Positions 16,687 through 25,609 of a stretch of 64,000 bases of DNA are shown here, piece by piece. The stretch is from Blastocatellia bacterium (GTDB taxonomy: Bacteria > Acidobacteriota > Blastocatellia > UBA7656). The DNA lies in the NCBI GenBank assembly GCA_963765495.1, contig CAVXWP010000009.1, positions 256,001 to 320,000 of the forward strand. The letters are read 5' to 3'. A program made the position numbers and the translations under genes. How positions within the stretch are numbered: position 1 is the stretch's first letter; every line of letters starts with the position of its first letter. The notes under the pieces were generated by a model that saw nothing but the letters and a program-made list of their open reading frames with translations, searched no databases and was not told the origin of the DNA.

Positions 16687-18267
16687 CTACAGATTAACCT
16701 GCTTGACCGAAATCACATCCGTAAGCGCCGTAAGCCCCGCAAGCGCTGCGTCAGGCATAGACTGGTCAATCTGTATGATCGCAAGCGCCGTTTCGCCTAT
16801 TTTCTTGCGGCCCAGATACAGACGGCTTATGTTTATGCCGTTCTCGCCGATGAAAGTCGCTATGCGACCGAGCACGCCCGGCACATCGCGGTTGAAGATG
16901 ATCAACATGTGCCCTCTCGGGATCGCTTCCAGATTGAATCCGTTTATGCGGACTATGCGACCCTGATTGTTACCAAACAGCGCGCCGGCCACCTCGCTTT
17001 CGTGGTCGGTTGTGACGGCGCGCACTCTCATCATGCTCGTGAAATCGCGCGCCCGCCGCGAAGACGATACAGATACCTTTATGCCGCGCTCTTCGGCCAC
17101 TATTGAAGCGTTGACCATATTGACCCGCTCAATCACCGGACCCAGCAACCCCGCCAGCACCGCCTGAGTTATCGGCTTGACATCGTGCGCGGTCACTTCG
17201 CCGGAATACTCTATATCAATAGCTCGCAGGTCGTGCCCGAAGACCTGCCCCTGAAAGAATCCTATCTTTTCGCCAAGCGTGATGTAAGGGCCGATGGCAG
17301 CGAGCAATTCCCCGCTGACGGCAGGAATATTGACCGCGCCTCGCACCGTCCCGGTCTTCAGATAATCCAGAACCTGTTCGGATATCATAGTCGCTACGCC
17401 GAGTTGAGCTTCCTGCGTAGAAGCCCCGAGATGCGGCGTTGTGATGACCTGATCCATCGCAAGCAGCGGGTTATCGGCGGGGGTCGGTTCCTGCTCAAAC
17501 ACATCGAGCGCAGCGCCCGCAACCTGCCCCGAACCGATGGCTTCGGCAAGCGCCCGCTCTTCAATCAGACCGCCGCGAGCGCAGTTGATTATCCGCACGC
17601 CGGGCTTCATCTTTGCAATGGTCGAGGCGTCTATCATCCACCGGGTCGCATCAGTAAGCGGGGTATGCAGAGTTATGAAATCCGCCTGCGTGAATACCTC
17701 GTCAAGCGTGGTCATCTCGATGTCGAGGTCGCGCGCGGCTTCGGGTGTGAAGTAAGGGTCAAAGGCGACGATGTTCATGCCGAACCCGCGCGCCCGCAAA
17801 GCCACGGCAGAGCCTATACGACCCAGGCCGATAATGCCGAGCGTCTTTCCTCTCAACTCAACGCCCAGAAAACGGGTCTTTTCCCACCTACCCGCTTTCG
17901 TCGAAGCAACAGCCTGTGGAATCCGCCGGGCAAGCGACAAAAGCATTGCCATCGTATGCTCGGCGGTAGTGACGGTATTTCCCGCTGCGGCATTCATAAC
18001 GACTATGCCGCGCCGGGTGGCCGCCGCAACGTCTATGTTATCGACTCCGGTTCCCGCGCGCCCTACAACACGCAACCGAGCGGCGCGCTCGATCAACTCG
18101 GCGGTAACTTTTGTCTTGCTACGCACAATCAGCCCGTTGTAATCGCCTATTATCTGAGCAATTTCCTCGGCGTTCAAGGAGGGGCGCTCGTCAATTTTCA
18201 CGCCCTGGGCCTGGCGCAATATCTCGACACCCGTCTCTTCCAACCCATCGCAAACAAGTATTTTCAT
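16687..18267 (-). CDS. serA: D-3-phosphoglycerate dehydrogenase with ASB and ACT domains
   Basis: GRAGTGVDNID, GLGRIG, INCARGG, TPHLGAST, and C-terminal NRDVPGVLG ACT domain. Confidence 0.96.
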   Translation of the reverse strand: MKILVCDGLEETGVEILRQAQGVKIDERPSLNAEEIAQIIGDYNGLIVRSKTKVTAELIERAARLRVVGRAGTGVDNIDVAAATRRGIVVMNAAAGNTVTTAEHTMAMLLSLARRIPQAVASTKAGRWEKTRFLGVELRGKTLGIIGLGRIGSAVALRARGFGMNIVAFDPYFTPEAARDLDIEMTTLDEVFTQADFITLHTPLTDATRWMIDASTIAKMKPGVRIINCARGGLIEERALAEAIGSGQVAGAALDVFEQEPTPADNPLLAMDQVITTPHLGASTQEAQLGVATMISEQVLDYLKTGTVRGAVNIPAVSGELLAAIGPYITLGEKIGFFQGQVFGHDLRAIDIEYSGEVTAHDVKPITQAVLAGLLGPVIERVNMVNASIVAEERGIKVSVSSSRRARDFTSMMRVRAVTTDHESEVAGALFGNNQGRIVRINGFNLEAIPRGHMLIIFNRDVPGVLGRIATFIGENGINISRLYLGRKKIGETALAIIQIDQSMPDAALAGLTALTDVISVKQVNL

Positions 18268-18285
18268 GAATTCTAACCCCTATCG

Positions 18286-18417
18286 GTGAATCGTAATACG
18301 TGATGCGTGACCGAACCTGTCAGGTAATCACCGATTGCTGATAATTCTGCTATAAGTCACGAATCACGAATCACGGTTCACGTTTCCCGCATCACGCATC
18401 GCTCTTCACGAGTCACG
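18286..18417. repeat. (CGTGA..)n/(..TCACG)n heptamer hairpin element
   Basis: gtgaatcgtaatacgtgatgcgtgacc ... gtcacgaatcacgaatcacggttcacg, between divergent serA and the HxlR gene. Confidence 0.75.
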
Positions 18418-18495
18418 GAATTGTACCCGACAGACAGGCACGTCGCCACTCGAAGCCATAACCTGTGTTATATTAGGCGGCATCGGAGGTGTCTT

Positions 18496-18948
18496 ATGCC
18501 GTCAAAGTCGGAGTGTCGAATGGATGTGGTTCTGAAGGTTATCAGCGATCAATGGACGCTCAGCATCATCCATAAACTCAGCGACGGACCGCGCCGCACA
18601 TTGGAGCTTTTCGGCGCATTTACCGGAATGAGCACAAAGACATTGAACGCCCGTCTCAAGAAACTTGAGCGCGACGGCGTAGTGACGAGAATCTCTTACC
18701 CGGCATCGCCGCCGCGAGTCGAGTATTCGCTGACCGAAAAAGGGCGCGAGCTTATTCCTGTACTCGATGCGATAGCAAGGGTGGCATTCAAGTGGAGCGG
18801 GCCGTTTCAAACCGACAAAGCAGAAACGCCGTGCCGCGTGTGCGGCAGCTCTTACAACAGACTGGCATACGAAGAAAAAGCGTCACCCTCGCCCGAGCCT
18901 CCCCCCAGACCCCGGTCCCGCAAACTGACCGACGTGACACTACTTTAG
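18496..18948 (+). CDS. HxlR-family winged-helix transcriptional regulator
   Basis: DQWTLSII, STKTLNARLKKLE, PPRVEYSLTEKG. GGAGG RBS before ATG 18496. Confidence 0.9.
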   Translation: MPSKSECRMDVVLKVISDQWTLSIIHKLSDGPRRTLELFGAFTGMSTKTLNARLKKLERDGVVTRISYPASPPRVEYSLTEKGRELIPVLDAIARVAFKWSGPFQTDKAETPCRVCGSSYNRLAYEEKASPSPEPPPRPRSRKLTDVTLL

Positions 18949-19070
18949 AGGGATGAGGGATGAGGGATGAAAAAGATTCTGGCGCATGATCTTGATTAAA
19001 AGCGGCTTGCTGATTATCAGAAGAGTTCCTGAGAGTCCTTTTCATCCCTCATCCCTCATCCCTCATCCCT
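18949..19070. repeat. (GAGGGAT)n inverted-repeat hairpin between convergent genes
   Basis: Same arms as 5305-5438, with related spacer ends (aaaagattct ... tcctgagagtcc). Confidence 0.9.
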
Positions 19071-20299
19071 TAAGAGAGTTCTTCGATCATTGAATTGAGA
19101 ATTTCGCTTATTTTGTCGTGGTCAAACCGGATGCCAATGGCTGGAAGCAAGACCCGCTCGCGGGTAGTGCCGTCGATCTCTTTTAAGAGCAGGCGGCAAA
19201 AGGCTGCTACGATTTTGCCGTCGAATTGCTTGCCGGAACTGCGCCACAGGTCTTCGAGAGCTTTATCGAGCGCGAGCCGCGAGCGGTAAGGCCGGTCGGT
19301 CATCATCGCATCAAACGAGTCGGCCACCGTCACGATTCTTGAGCCTAGCGGAATCTCTTCGCCTTTGAGCCCCTGCGGGTATCCCGTGCCGTCTACCTTT
19401 TCGTGATGGCATTTCGTCATGTAGGCGATCTCTTGCCACGGGTCGCGTATGTTGGAAAGTATCTCGTAGCCCGTGGTGACGTGCCTGTTCAACTCGGCAA
19501 ATTCGCGGTCGGTCAGCGGTCGCGGATTGTTTATGATCGCTTTATCGACGACTATCTTTCCTATGTCGTGCAGAAAACCGGCTACGCCGATATATTCCAG
19601 ATCGCTGCCTGTAATGCCCATCTCGCGCGCGATTGCCTCCGAATATTTTGCCACCCGCTCAGAATGGCCTTTAGTATAGGCATCTTTCAAATCAATCGCC
19701 GCTCCAAATGCGCGGACCGTGTCGTGATAAATCTGCCGCATATTCCGATACATCCGGCGGTTCTCATCCGCGCGGCGTTTCAGCGATACCATTAAACGAT
19801 GATTATGAAACGCCATCCCTATATGTTGCGAGATGGTGTTTATGATCTCCAGGTCTTCTGCGTCAAACTCTTCGCGGGTAAATTTTCCGGCCAGGAATAT
19901 GACCCCGATCAGGTCGCCGCGCACGACCATCGGAATTGCCATATGCGCTTCCATCAGATTGAACAGATCACGATTGCGCGAGACAAATTGCGACAGGCCG
20001 TTTTGTTCAGCCGCAAGCAGGATGGGATGCGCGTGAGAAGCGAGGCGGGCAACATCATCGTCGCCCAAAATGATCTTTCGGCCTGCTGTGTCTTTCATCC
20101 CGCGAGCCGCGATTACCTTCAGTTGGCGAGGCTTTTCGCTGAAGCGCGATATTGCGCCTCTGGTTATCGCGAGTGTGCCAAGCAAAGTGTACAAAGAAGC
20201 CCGGATCACTTCATCGAAATTGTGCGTCGAACTGATTTCGGTTCCCAGCTCTGTCAGAGCGCCCAGATTGTGCAGTATCTTCCTGGTTTCGAGGCTCAT
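19070..20299 (-). CDS. GAF plus HD-GYP cyclic-di-GMP phosphodiesterase
   Basis: YTKGHSERV, LHDIGK, HHEKVDGTGYP, ADSFDAMMTDRPYR. Start ATG 20299 after AGGAG. Confidence 0.92.
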   Translation of the reverse strand: MSLETRKILHNLGALTELGTEISSTHNFDEVIRASLYTLLGTLAITRGAISRFSEKPRQLKVIAARGMKDTAGRKIILGDDDVARLASHAHPILLAAEQNGLSQFVSRNRDLFNLMEAHMAIPMVVRGDLIGVIFLAGKFTREEFDAEDLEIINTISQHIGMAFHNHRLMVSLKRRADENRRMYRNMRQIYHDTVRAFGAAIDLKDAYTKGHSERVAKYSEAIAREMGITGSDLEYIGVAGFLHDIGKIVVDKAIINNPRPLTDREFAELNRHVTTGYEILSNIRDPWQEIAYMTKCHHEKVDGTGYPQGLKGEEIPLGSRIVTVADSFDAMMTDRPYRSRLALDKALEDLWRSSGKQFDGKIVAAFCRLLLKEIDGTTRERVLLPAIGIRFDHDKISEILNSMIEELS

Positions 20300-20346
20300 T
20301 CTTGTTCTCCTGAATGGGTGCAGTCTATTTTGCAATTCTCTGCGGA

Positions 20347-20715
20347 TCAAAGCGCGGCAGGGGCAGCCCTCTCGCACATGCTGGCGAGCGCGCGCTCCTC
20401 GGTTTCGGCCATCCTTACGTGCGAGAGCAAACCCAGCATTTCAAAAAGTTCCCGGTTCGAGTCGTTCAGATTCGAGAGCATCAGCGTCCCGGAAGCTTCG
20501 TTGACCGCCTCTATCACGCCGAGCAAAATCGAGATGCCTATGCTGTTGACCAGTTCCGTCTCTTCGAAATTTATCACCAGATGTCTTACGCCCCGGGCGA
20601 GCAATTCCTGGCAACACTGCTCTATGCCTTCGCCCCTGAGCTGGTTCAGATAGGGACCGGGATAGATTATTCCGACCCCAGATACAAGCCTGGACCCTAC
20701 TTCAATAGCTTTCAT
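20347..20715 (-). CDS. STAS-domain anti-anti-sigma-like protein
   Basis: LVINFEETELVNSIGISILL matches the SpoIIAA/RsbV phospho-Ser region; LFEMLGL. Confidence 0.85.
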   Translation of the reverse strand: MKAIEVGSRLVSGVGIIYPGPYLNQLRGEGIEQCCQELLARGVRHLVINFEETELVNSIGISILLGVIEAVNEASGTLMLSNLNDSNRELFEMLGLLSHVRMAETEERALASMCERAAPAAL

Positions 20716-20734
20716 GAAGAATCCCCTGTTGAAA

Positions 20735-20838
20735 GTGATTCGTGACGAGTGAGGAGTGACGAGTGACGCAAGCAGGGTGGCAGGTTATCAAAAACCTGCG
20801 CCTTGCCCGATAGTCACGCATCGCGCATCACGCATCAC
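20735..20838. repeat. (CGTGA..)n/(..TCACG)n heptamer hairpin element
   Basis: gtgattcgtgacgagtgaggagtgacgagtgacgcaagcagg ... gtcacgcatcgcgcatcacgcatcac. Confidence 0.78.
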
Positions 20839-20840
20839 TA

Positions 20841-23240
20841 TTATTCCTGCGGGCGTTTGAAGAACTTGGTCATCACGAGGCTTGTGCCGTCATCGGCACG
20901 CTCGAAACGCACCTCGTCCATCAATCTGCGGATTATATGCAATCCGCGTCCACGCAATGCCACGGGCGAGGGGGCGCCGGCAGCCGCAAAACCATCTCCG
21001 TTTGCCGAGCCAAAGGTCTTGCCTTTGTTCGATACGGTGATCGTTATGCGGTCGTCTTGTATGGCAAAGCGCTGGTAAATCTTTCGGTCGGGGCTGTCGC
21101 TGTGCTCGGCGGCATTCAGACAGGCTTCGATCAACGCGGTCTTGATCTGATTGATCGCCTCCTGATCGAAATCAGCCGCGCGGGCTATCTGTTCTACCGT
21201 GCGGGCGGCGATCAACTCGGCATCCGCTTCGATAGGTATTACCAGTTCGAATTCGCTCAGGGGCTGGCGGAAGGCGAACGATTCCGCAAGCTTGAGGATG
21301 TGATCGTAAAGCAGATCGAGTTGAGAATAAGTGGAACAGTAAGCGCGTATGGCTGATAACCTTTCGACTGTCGCAGCCGAAAAGCCTTCCTTGCTTATAT
21401 ACCATCGAATGATCCGCGCGTGCTGGTTGTTTCTGGCTGCCCGCGCGCCCGTCTCCAATCGTTGATCGAGACGGCTGAGGGTCTCAAGATCGAGCGGCTC
21501 TTTAGAGTTTATGAGCGCGATCAGCCATAAGACTTCGTTGGCTTCGCTGTAGATGCCGCCTTCAAATCCGCTGCCCGCAAACAGACGCCAGCTTATTCCG
21601 GGCTGCTCGCCCGTGCCCAGGTTTGTGACCATCACTATTTGCGGCAGACGGATTTTTTCCTGTTCGTCTTCGAGCGAGCGGCGCACCTGCACGCGACTCA
21701 TGCCGCGATAGCGATTGTCGAAAGCGGGATGGTCGAGCAGGCTCGCCGGTACATTCTGAAAATCGAAGCTCGATAAAGTCTCTACCAGTTGAGATTCAAT
21801 CGAGCGATTGTAGCGCGACATCATCAGGCGATAAGAGTGCTTCAGCTTCTCGCTCAAGAGTTCTTCGCCCGCCACTGGGCGGCGCGCCCCCGCGATCTCG
21901 CTGCGGTATTTGGCCCTGACGTAATCGGCGAGCACCGGGTCCGAGGACGGATTTACAAACCCGTAACTGATCTCAAGAAATTCGCGCGCGTGCAATCGCC
22001 GGAGCAATTCGTCGGGGTCCGAAGCATATTCGCTCATACGCTCGGTGACGGCTTCAATCGGGACAGCCGTATTGGCTTCGATCACAAGACCGAGCGCTTC
22101 AAGCACCGCCCGGCGCGCGCGCGACTCCGGCGCTATGTCGCGCAACAGCGCCCCTATGTAATGGCAGATGCGACCGTTCAGAACATCTTCCGTATAGACG
22201 CGCTCAAACTCCATGAAGGTGCGCAGGTTCGACCCGCGAGAGGCTGTCGCTTCAAGCAGAGCGCGGATATAAAAAAGATCGCGGTTGAGTTGTTGCAGCA
22301 TAAGCTCGGTCGTCGAATCGCTTATCTCTATTCGAAACATCGAAGCCGTCGAGCGAATCATCTGCTCAAGCGGTTCTTCGGCCATCGGCTCGATGCGGAT
22401 CATCTCGAGTCGGCTGAAGAACTCTTCATCAGGCGGTATCAATTCGATCAGCGCCCGGCGCAATCCGCATAGCGCATAAACAGGCCCGGCAGGGCTTGCC
22501 CCTCCCAGAGTCCGGCTCAGATGGTCGTGCGTGCTGAGCGCCCGCAAGACTTCCGACCGCAACCCGGCAAGCGATGCGCGCTCGACGGAAGAAGTGAATC
22601 CTTGCTCGGCCCGGCCTCCCGCATCCGTCAGCACGTGAAAATTGTCGAGCATCACAAAAGGCGCTACCTTTGTGCGCGAAGCCGCGACCATAGGCGCAGA
22701 GAGCGCCGAACGCACCATCAGGGCCGTGTCGTCTGATTGCGCCGCCCGCGCAAAGGCGTCTACAAGTGCCCGCACCCAGAAATAATCTTCGGGCAGGGCA
22801 AAGCGCGGCAAGAGGGCAAGCGGCTCGTCGGCCTCGGCTATGAGCTTTGGCTCGTTGCGGCGAAAGGCTATGAACTGCGCCAGAAATTGAGAAAGATAAT
22901 CGCGCGCAAACCGATCCGCCTCCATCGAATAGGCCCTGAAGGCGTAATAAACGGGCGCGACCTCGCTTGAATCGTTAAAGAGCCGGTCAAAATTTTTGCG
23001 GAGCAACTCGGTCTTGCCTACACGCGGAGCGCCGAGCACTAGCGCGTTGGCCGCTCGTCTGACCCGCGGGGTCGCTCGGAGTCTTTGAAGCTCGCCGGGC
23101 GAGTTTTCAGCCTCGCGCGAGGCTGCGGGCGCGCGACGCGCTGTCGCAAGCCCGCGAAGCTGTTCAAGCTCGGCCTCACGGTCGAAAAACTCGTCATCCG
23201 GGAGCCGGCTCAGTACCTGTCTCGGGTCAGAATCACGCAT
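20841..23240 (-). CDS. P-loop ATPase (archaeal-ATPase/STAND-like) fused to a C-terminal RsbW/SpoIIAB-like kinase domain
   Basis: FFDREAELEQL, Walker A GAPRVGKT, Walker B-like FVMLDNFH. C-terminus has EACLNAAEH (N box) and RGRGLHIIRRLMDEV (G2 box). Confidence 0.82.
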   Translation of the reverse strand: MRDSDPRQVLSRLPDDEFFDREAELEQLRGLATARRAPAASREAENSPGELQRLRATPRVRRAANALVLGAPRVGKTELLRKNFDRLFNDSSEVAPVYYAFRAYSMEADRFARDYLSQFLAQFIAFRRNEPKLIAEADEPLALLPRFALPEDYFWVRALVDAFARAAQSDDTALMVRSALSAPMVAASRTKVAPFVMLDNFHVLTDAGGRAEQGFTSSVERASLAGLRSEVLRALSTHDHLSRTLGGASPAGPVYALCGLRRALIELIPPDEEFFSRLEMIRIEPMAEEPLEQMIRSTASMFRIEISDSTTELMLQQLNRDLFYIRALLEATASRGSNLRTFMEFERVYTEDVLNGRICHYIGALLRDIAPESRARRAVLEALGLVIEANTAVPIEAVTERMSEYASDPDELLRRLHAREFLEISYGFVNPSSDPVLADYVRAKYRSEIAGARRPVAGEELLSEKLKHSYRLMMSRYNRSIESQLVETLSSFDFQNVPASLLDHPAFDNRYRGMSRVQVRRSLEDEQEKIRLPQIVMVTNLGTGEQPGISWRLFAGSGFEGGIYSEANEVLWLIALINSKEPLDLETLSRLDQRLETGARAARNNQHARIIRWYISKEGFSAATVERLSAIRAYCSTYSQLDLLYDHILKLAESFAFRQPLSEFELVIPIEADAELIAARTVEQIARAADFDQEAINQIKTALIEACLNAAEHSDSPDRKIYQRFAIQDDRITITVSNKGKTFGSANGDGFAAAGAPSPVALRGRGLHIIRRLMDEVRFERADDGTSLVMTKFFKRPQE

Positions 23241-23260
23241 CTGGGATTATCCTGCCAGGG

Positions 23261-24913
23261 CTACTGTCCTTCCGCTTTGGGCTCTTCATAAACCGCGACA
23301 CAATTGCGTCCGAGTGTCTTCGCGTGGTAAAGGGCGCGGTCGGCTGTCTCGATTATCGCGAGGGGGCTTTGCCTGGTGGGGCTGAAAGAAGAAACGCCTA
23401 TGCTGATGGTAACCTTGCCCATAGTTTCGCCGTGTTCGGTGCGGTACTCAGTCTGATTTATCGCCTTCCGCAATCGCTCGGCAATGCGCCCGGCATCATT
23501 GATCTGTGTTTCGGGCAGCACTATGCAAAACTCATCGCCCGCAAAACGGGCCGACATATCAATGGCGCGAATGCCTCGCTTGAGCATATGCGCCGTTTTG
23601 ACCAGCACGCGATCCGCGTTCGTGTGGCCGTAGATGTCGTTGTAACCCTTAAACCTGTCCACGTCAATAATCATAAAAGAGAGCGGCGTGTCGTGGCGCT
23701 TCGACCGCTCGACCTCTTCATAAAGCCTCTCTTCGAGATAACGGCGATTTGGCAGCCCCGTAAGCGGGTCGGTCAAAGACATCTGCTGATAGGCTTCGGC
23801 CTTGCGGTGCCATTCGGTGCGCTCGATTATGAGCGCGAGTTGCGGAGCCATCAGTTCGAGCAGTGAGAGGTCTTCGTTTTCATAGGCCGAACCGTCCACA
23901 CGATCAGACAGATTGATGACGCCCACCTTGCGCGGGCCGAGCGTGATCGGATAGCTGATGAATGAGCCGGTCTTATACTGGCCCCGGCGCGGTCGCGGAA
24001 TCCTCTGGTCGGTCTCTACGTCGCGGACCATAAGCGCCGCCCCGCTGGCAAGCACTTCCCCGGCAATGCCCTCGCCGAGCTTTACGCGAACCGGCCCGAA
24101 TCTCTGAAAATCGGCCCCCACAGCCGCCTCGAGCGCAAGCTCGTTTGACTGCTCGTTGAGGATCATAAGCGAACTGCGCTCCGATCTCATGATCTCGCTG
24201 AATTTGGCCAGCACCGATGAGTAAACCTTTTGCGAATCGAGCGTAGCGGCTACGCTGCGAAGAAAGTCGTAGAACTGAGATATGGCCCGATTCTTGTTTT
24301 CGAGTTGATCGGCGAGTCTTATTACTTCCAGATGCGCATCAAGCAGAGCCGGAGAAATATCGGTCTCCAGTTCCGGCTCGGCCTCGCGTTTTGGCGCGGA
24401 TTTGAAGTTGTATTCGAGAGTAGAGGCGACAAGGCTCGCGGCCTGGCGCACCTCGCGCAGATCGGCAAATCTCATATTGGTCAGGGCTTCGCCGGTTCTT
24501 ATCGCGTCTGTGTCGCCGTGTTCGCGGAGAAAGCGTGTGTATTCAGCCGAAGAGGTAAAGGCGCGTCCGCCAAGCACTGTCAGTTGCCTCCCGGCTATTT
24601 CGACCGGGACGGCGAAACATTGCAACCCCGCGTGGCAGCGAAACTCCGTCGCCTCGCCTGCTTCGGTTGCCCGGCTGTGAGCGCCTCCGCAGTCGGCCGC
24701 GCACAGTGGCGCGTATTCTGAAGTGCTCTGTAGCGAGCGGCAAATGCTGTTGTCGTTTTCAACCTGAGAGATTGGCTGGCCGTCAGAACCGATTGTCGTT
24801 AAAGCCAGCCCGGTCTTTTCAGCAAGTGTTCGCTGAAGGCGAAACCATACGACAACGGGATCGTCCGTTTCGCGCCTTGAAACGCTTGTACTTCTGGCGA
24901 TTTCTTTGCTCAA
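23261..24913 (-). CDS. PocR sensor-GAF-GGDEF diguanylate cyclase
   Basis: PocR-type cysteines (ICRSL, LCAADC, FRCHAGL), a GAF domain, TDPLTGLPNRR, RAID I-site and RFAGDEF active site. TTG start. Confidence 0.9.
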   Translation of the reverse strand: MSKEIARSTSVSRRETDDPVVVWFRLQRTLAEKTGLALTTIGSDGQPISQVENDNSICRSLQSTSEYAPLCAADCGGAHSRATEAGEATEFRCHAGLQCFAVPVEIAGRQLTVLGGRAFTSSAEYTRFLREHGDTDAIRTGEALTNMRFADLREVRQAASLVASTLEYNFKSAPKREAEPELETDISPALLDAHLEVIRLADQLENKNRAISQFYDFLRSVAATLDSQKVYSSVLAKFSEIMRSERSSLMILNEQSNELALEAAVGADFQRFGPVRVKLGEGIAGEVLASGAALMVRDVETDQRIPRPRRGQYKTGSFISYPITLGPRKVGVINLSDRVDGSAYENEDLSLLELMAPQLALIIERTEWHRKAEAYQQMSLTDPLTGLPNRRYLEERLYEEVERSKRHDTPLSFMIIDVDRFKGYNDIYGHTNADRVLVKTAHMLKRGIRAIDMSARFAGDEFCIVLPETQINDAGRIAERLRKAINQTEYRTEHGETMGKVTISIGVSSFSPTRQSPLAIIETADRALYHAKTLGRNCVAVYEEPKAEGQ

Positions 24914-25609
24914 GCGTAGTCGGAATCTCGGGAGAGTTCCTTACCTCCGGTGTAATAGCCTGGCTGAAGGTCAATACAGCCGGGCCGCCGGTTCCTGCAC
25001 CTGGCTAAACATCAGTTCTCAGAACTTGAGCGATTACCTGTCGCATATCCCCACATCACAAGTTCGAGCATCTGGCTATTATTTTCGCTTTCAAAATTAA
25101 CGCCGCCGGGGCTGGCTCAAGCTCAATTTCTTACATCTGGTTATCAAAGGCCAAAGTAGCATATAGCAAAGTACTTTGCAACAGAAACTTAAGGTACCCT
25201 ATCAGGTAATAAGCCCCCTCTCCCGCCGGTCTGTTGGGGCAATTTAAAAGGCTGTGCAAGATAGATTACCAGCTTCACTCGCGGTCAAGGCTTGCCTCCC
25301 GGGGGTCTGTGGAATAAACTTGGGTTAGCGAAATTACCGGTTGAAACATACAAGGCTTTGACCCGAGCGGCGGAATTATTTTTGATTCCACGATGCCGAA
25401 CAGGTCAACATTTCATACCGGGTGCCTCAGATATATTACCTCAATCGCTGCTTTTAGGGGCAAAGCCGTGGAGCGTGCGGGGCATTAAGCCACAGCGATA
25501 AGTTCGCCTCCGGGCTTTAACTCAACAAATGTGGTGATTTAAGATGACAGATGAAACGGCACGGCTATTGCGATCTCCCTCTGTTGTAAAAAAAGGCTCG
25601 GGGGGTGTA

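Noticed and set aside
20841-23240. Anti-phage STAND (Avs-like) defence gene
   Set aside because: There is no TPR sensor or clear nuclease effector. The RsbW-like domain and STAS/c-di-GMP neighbours point to signalling.
25455-25515. Possible c-di-GMP-I riboswitch (GGGCAAAGCC...) near the c-di-GMP operon
   Set aside because: The GNRA-capped P2 stem and the GACGCAAAGC/P3 arrangement could not be built. An Rfam scan would be needed.
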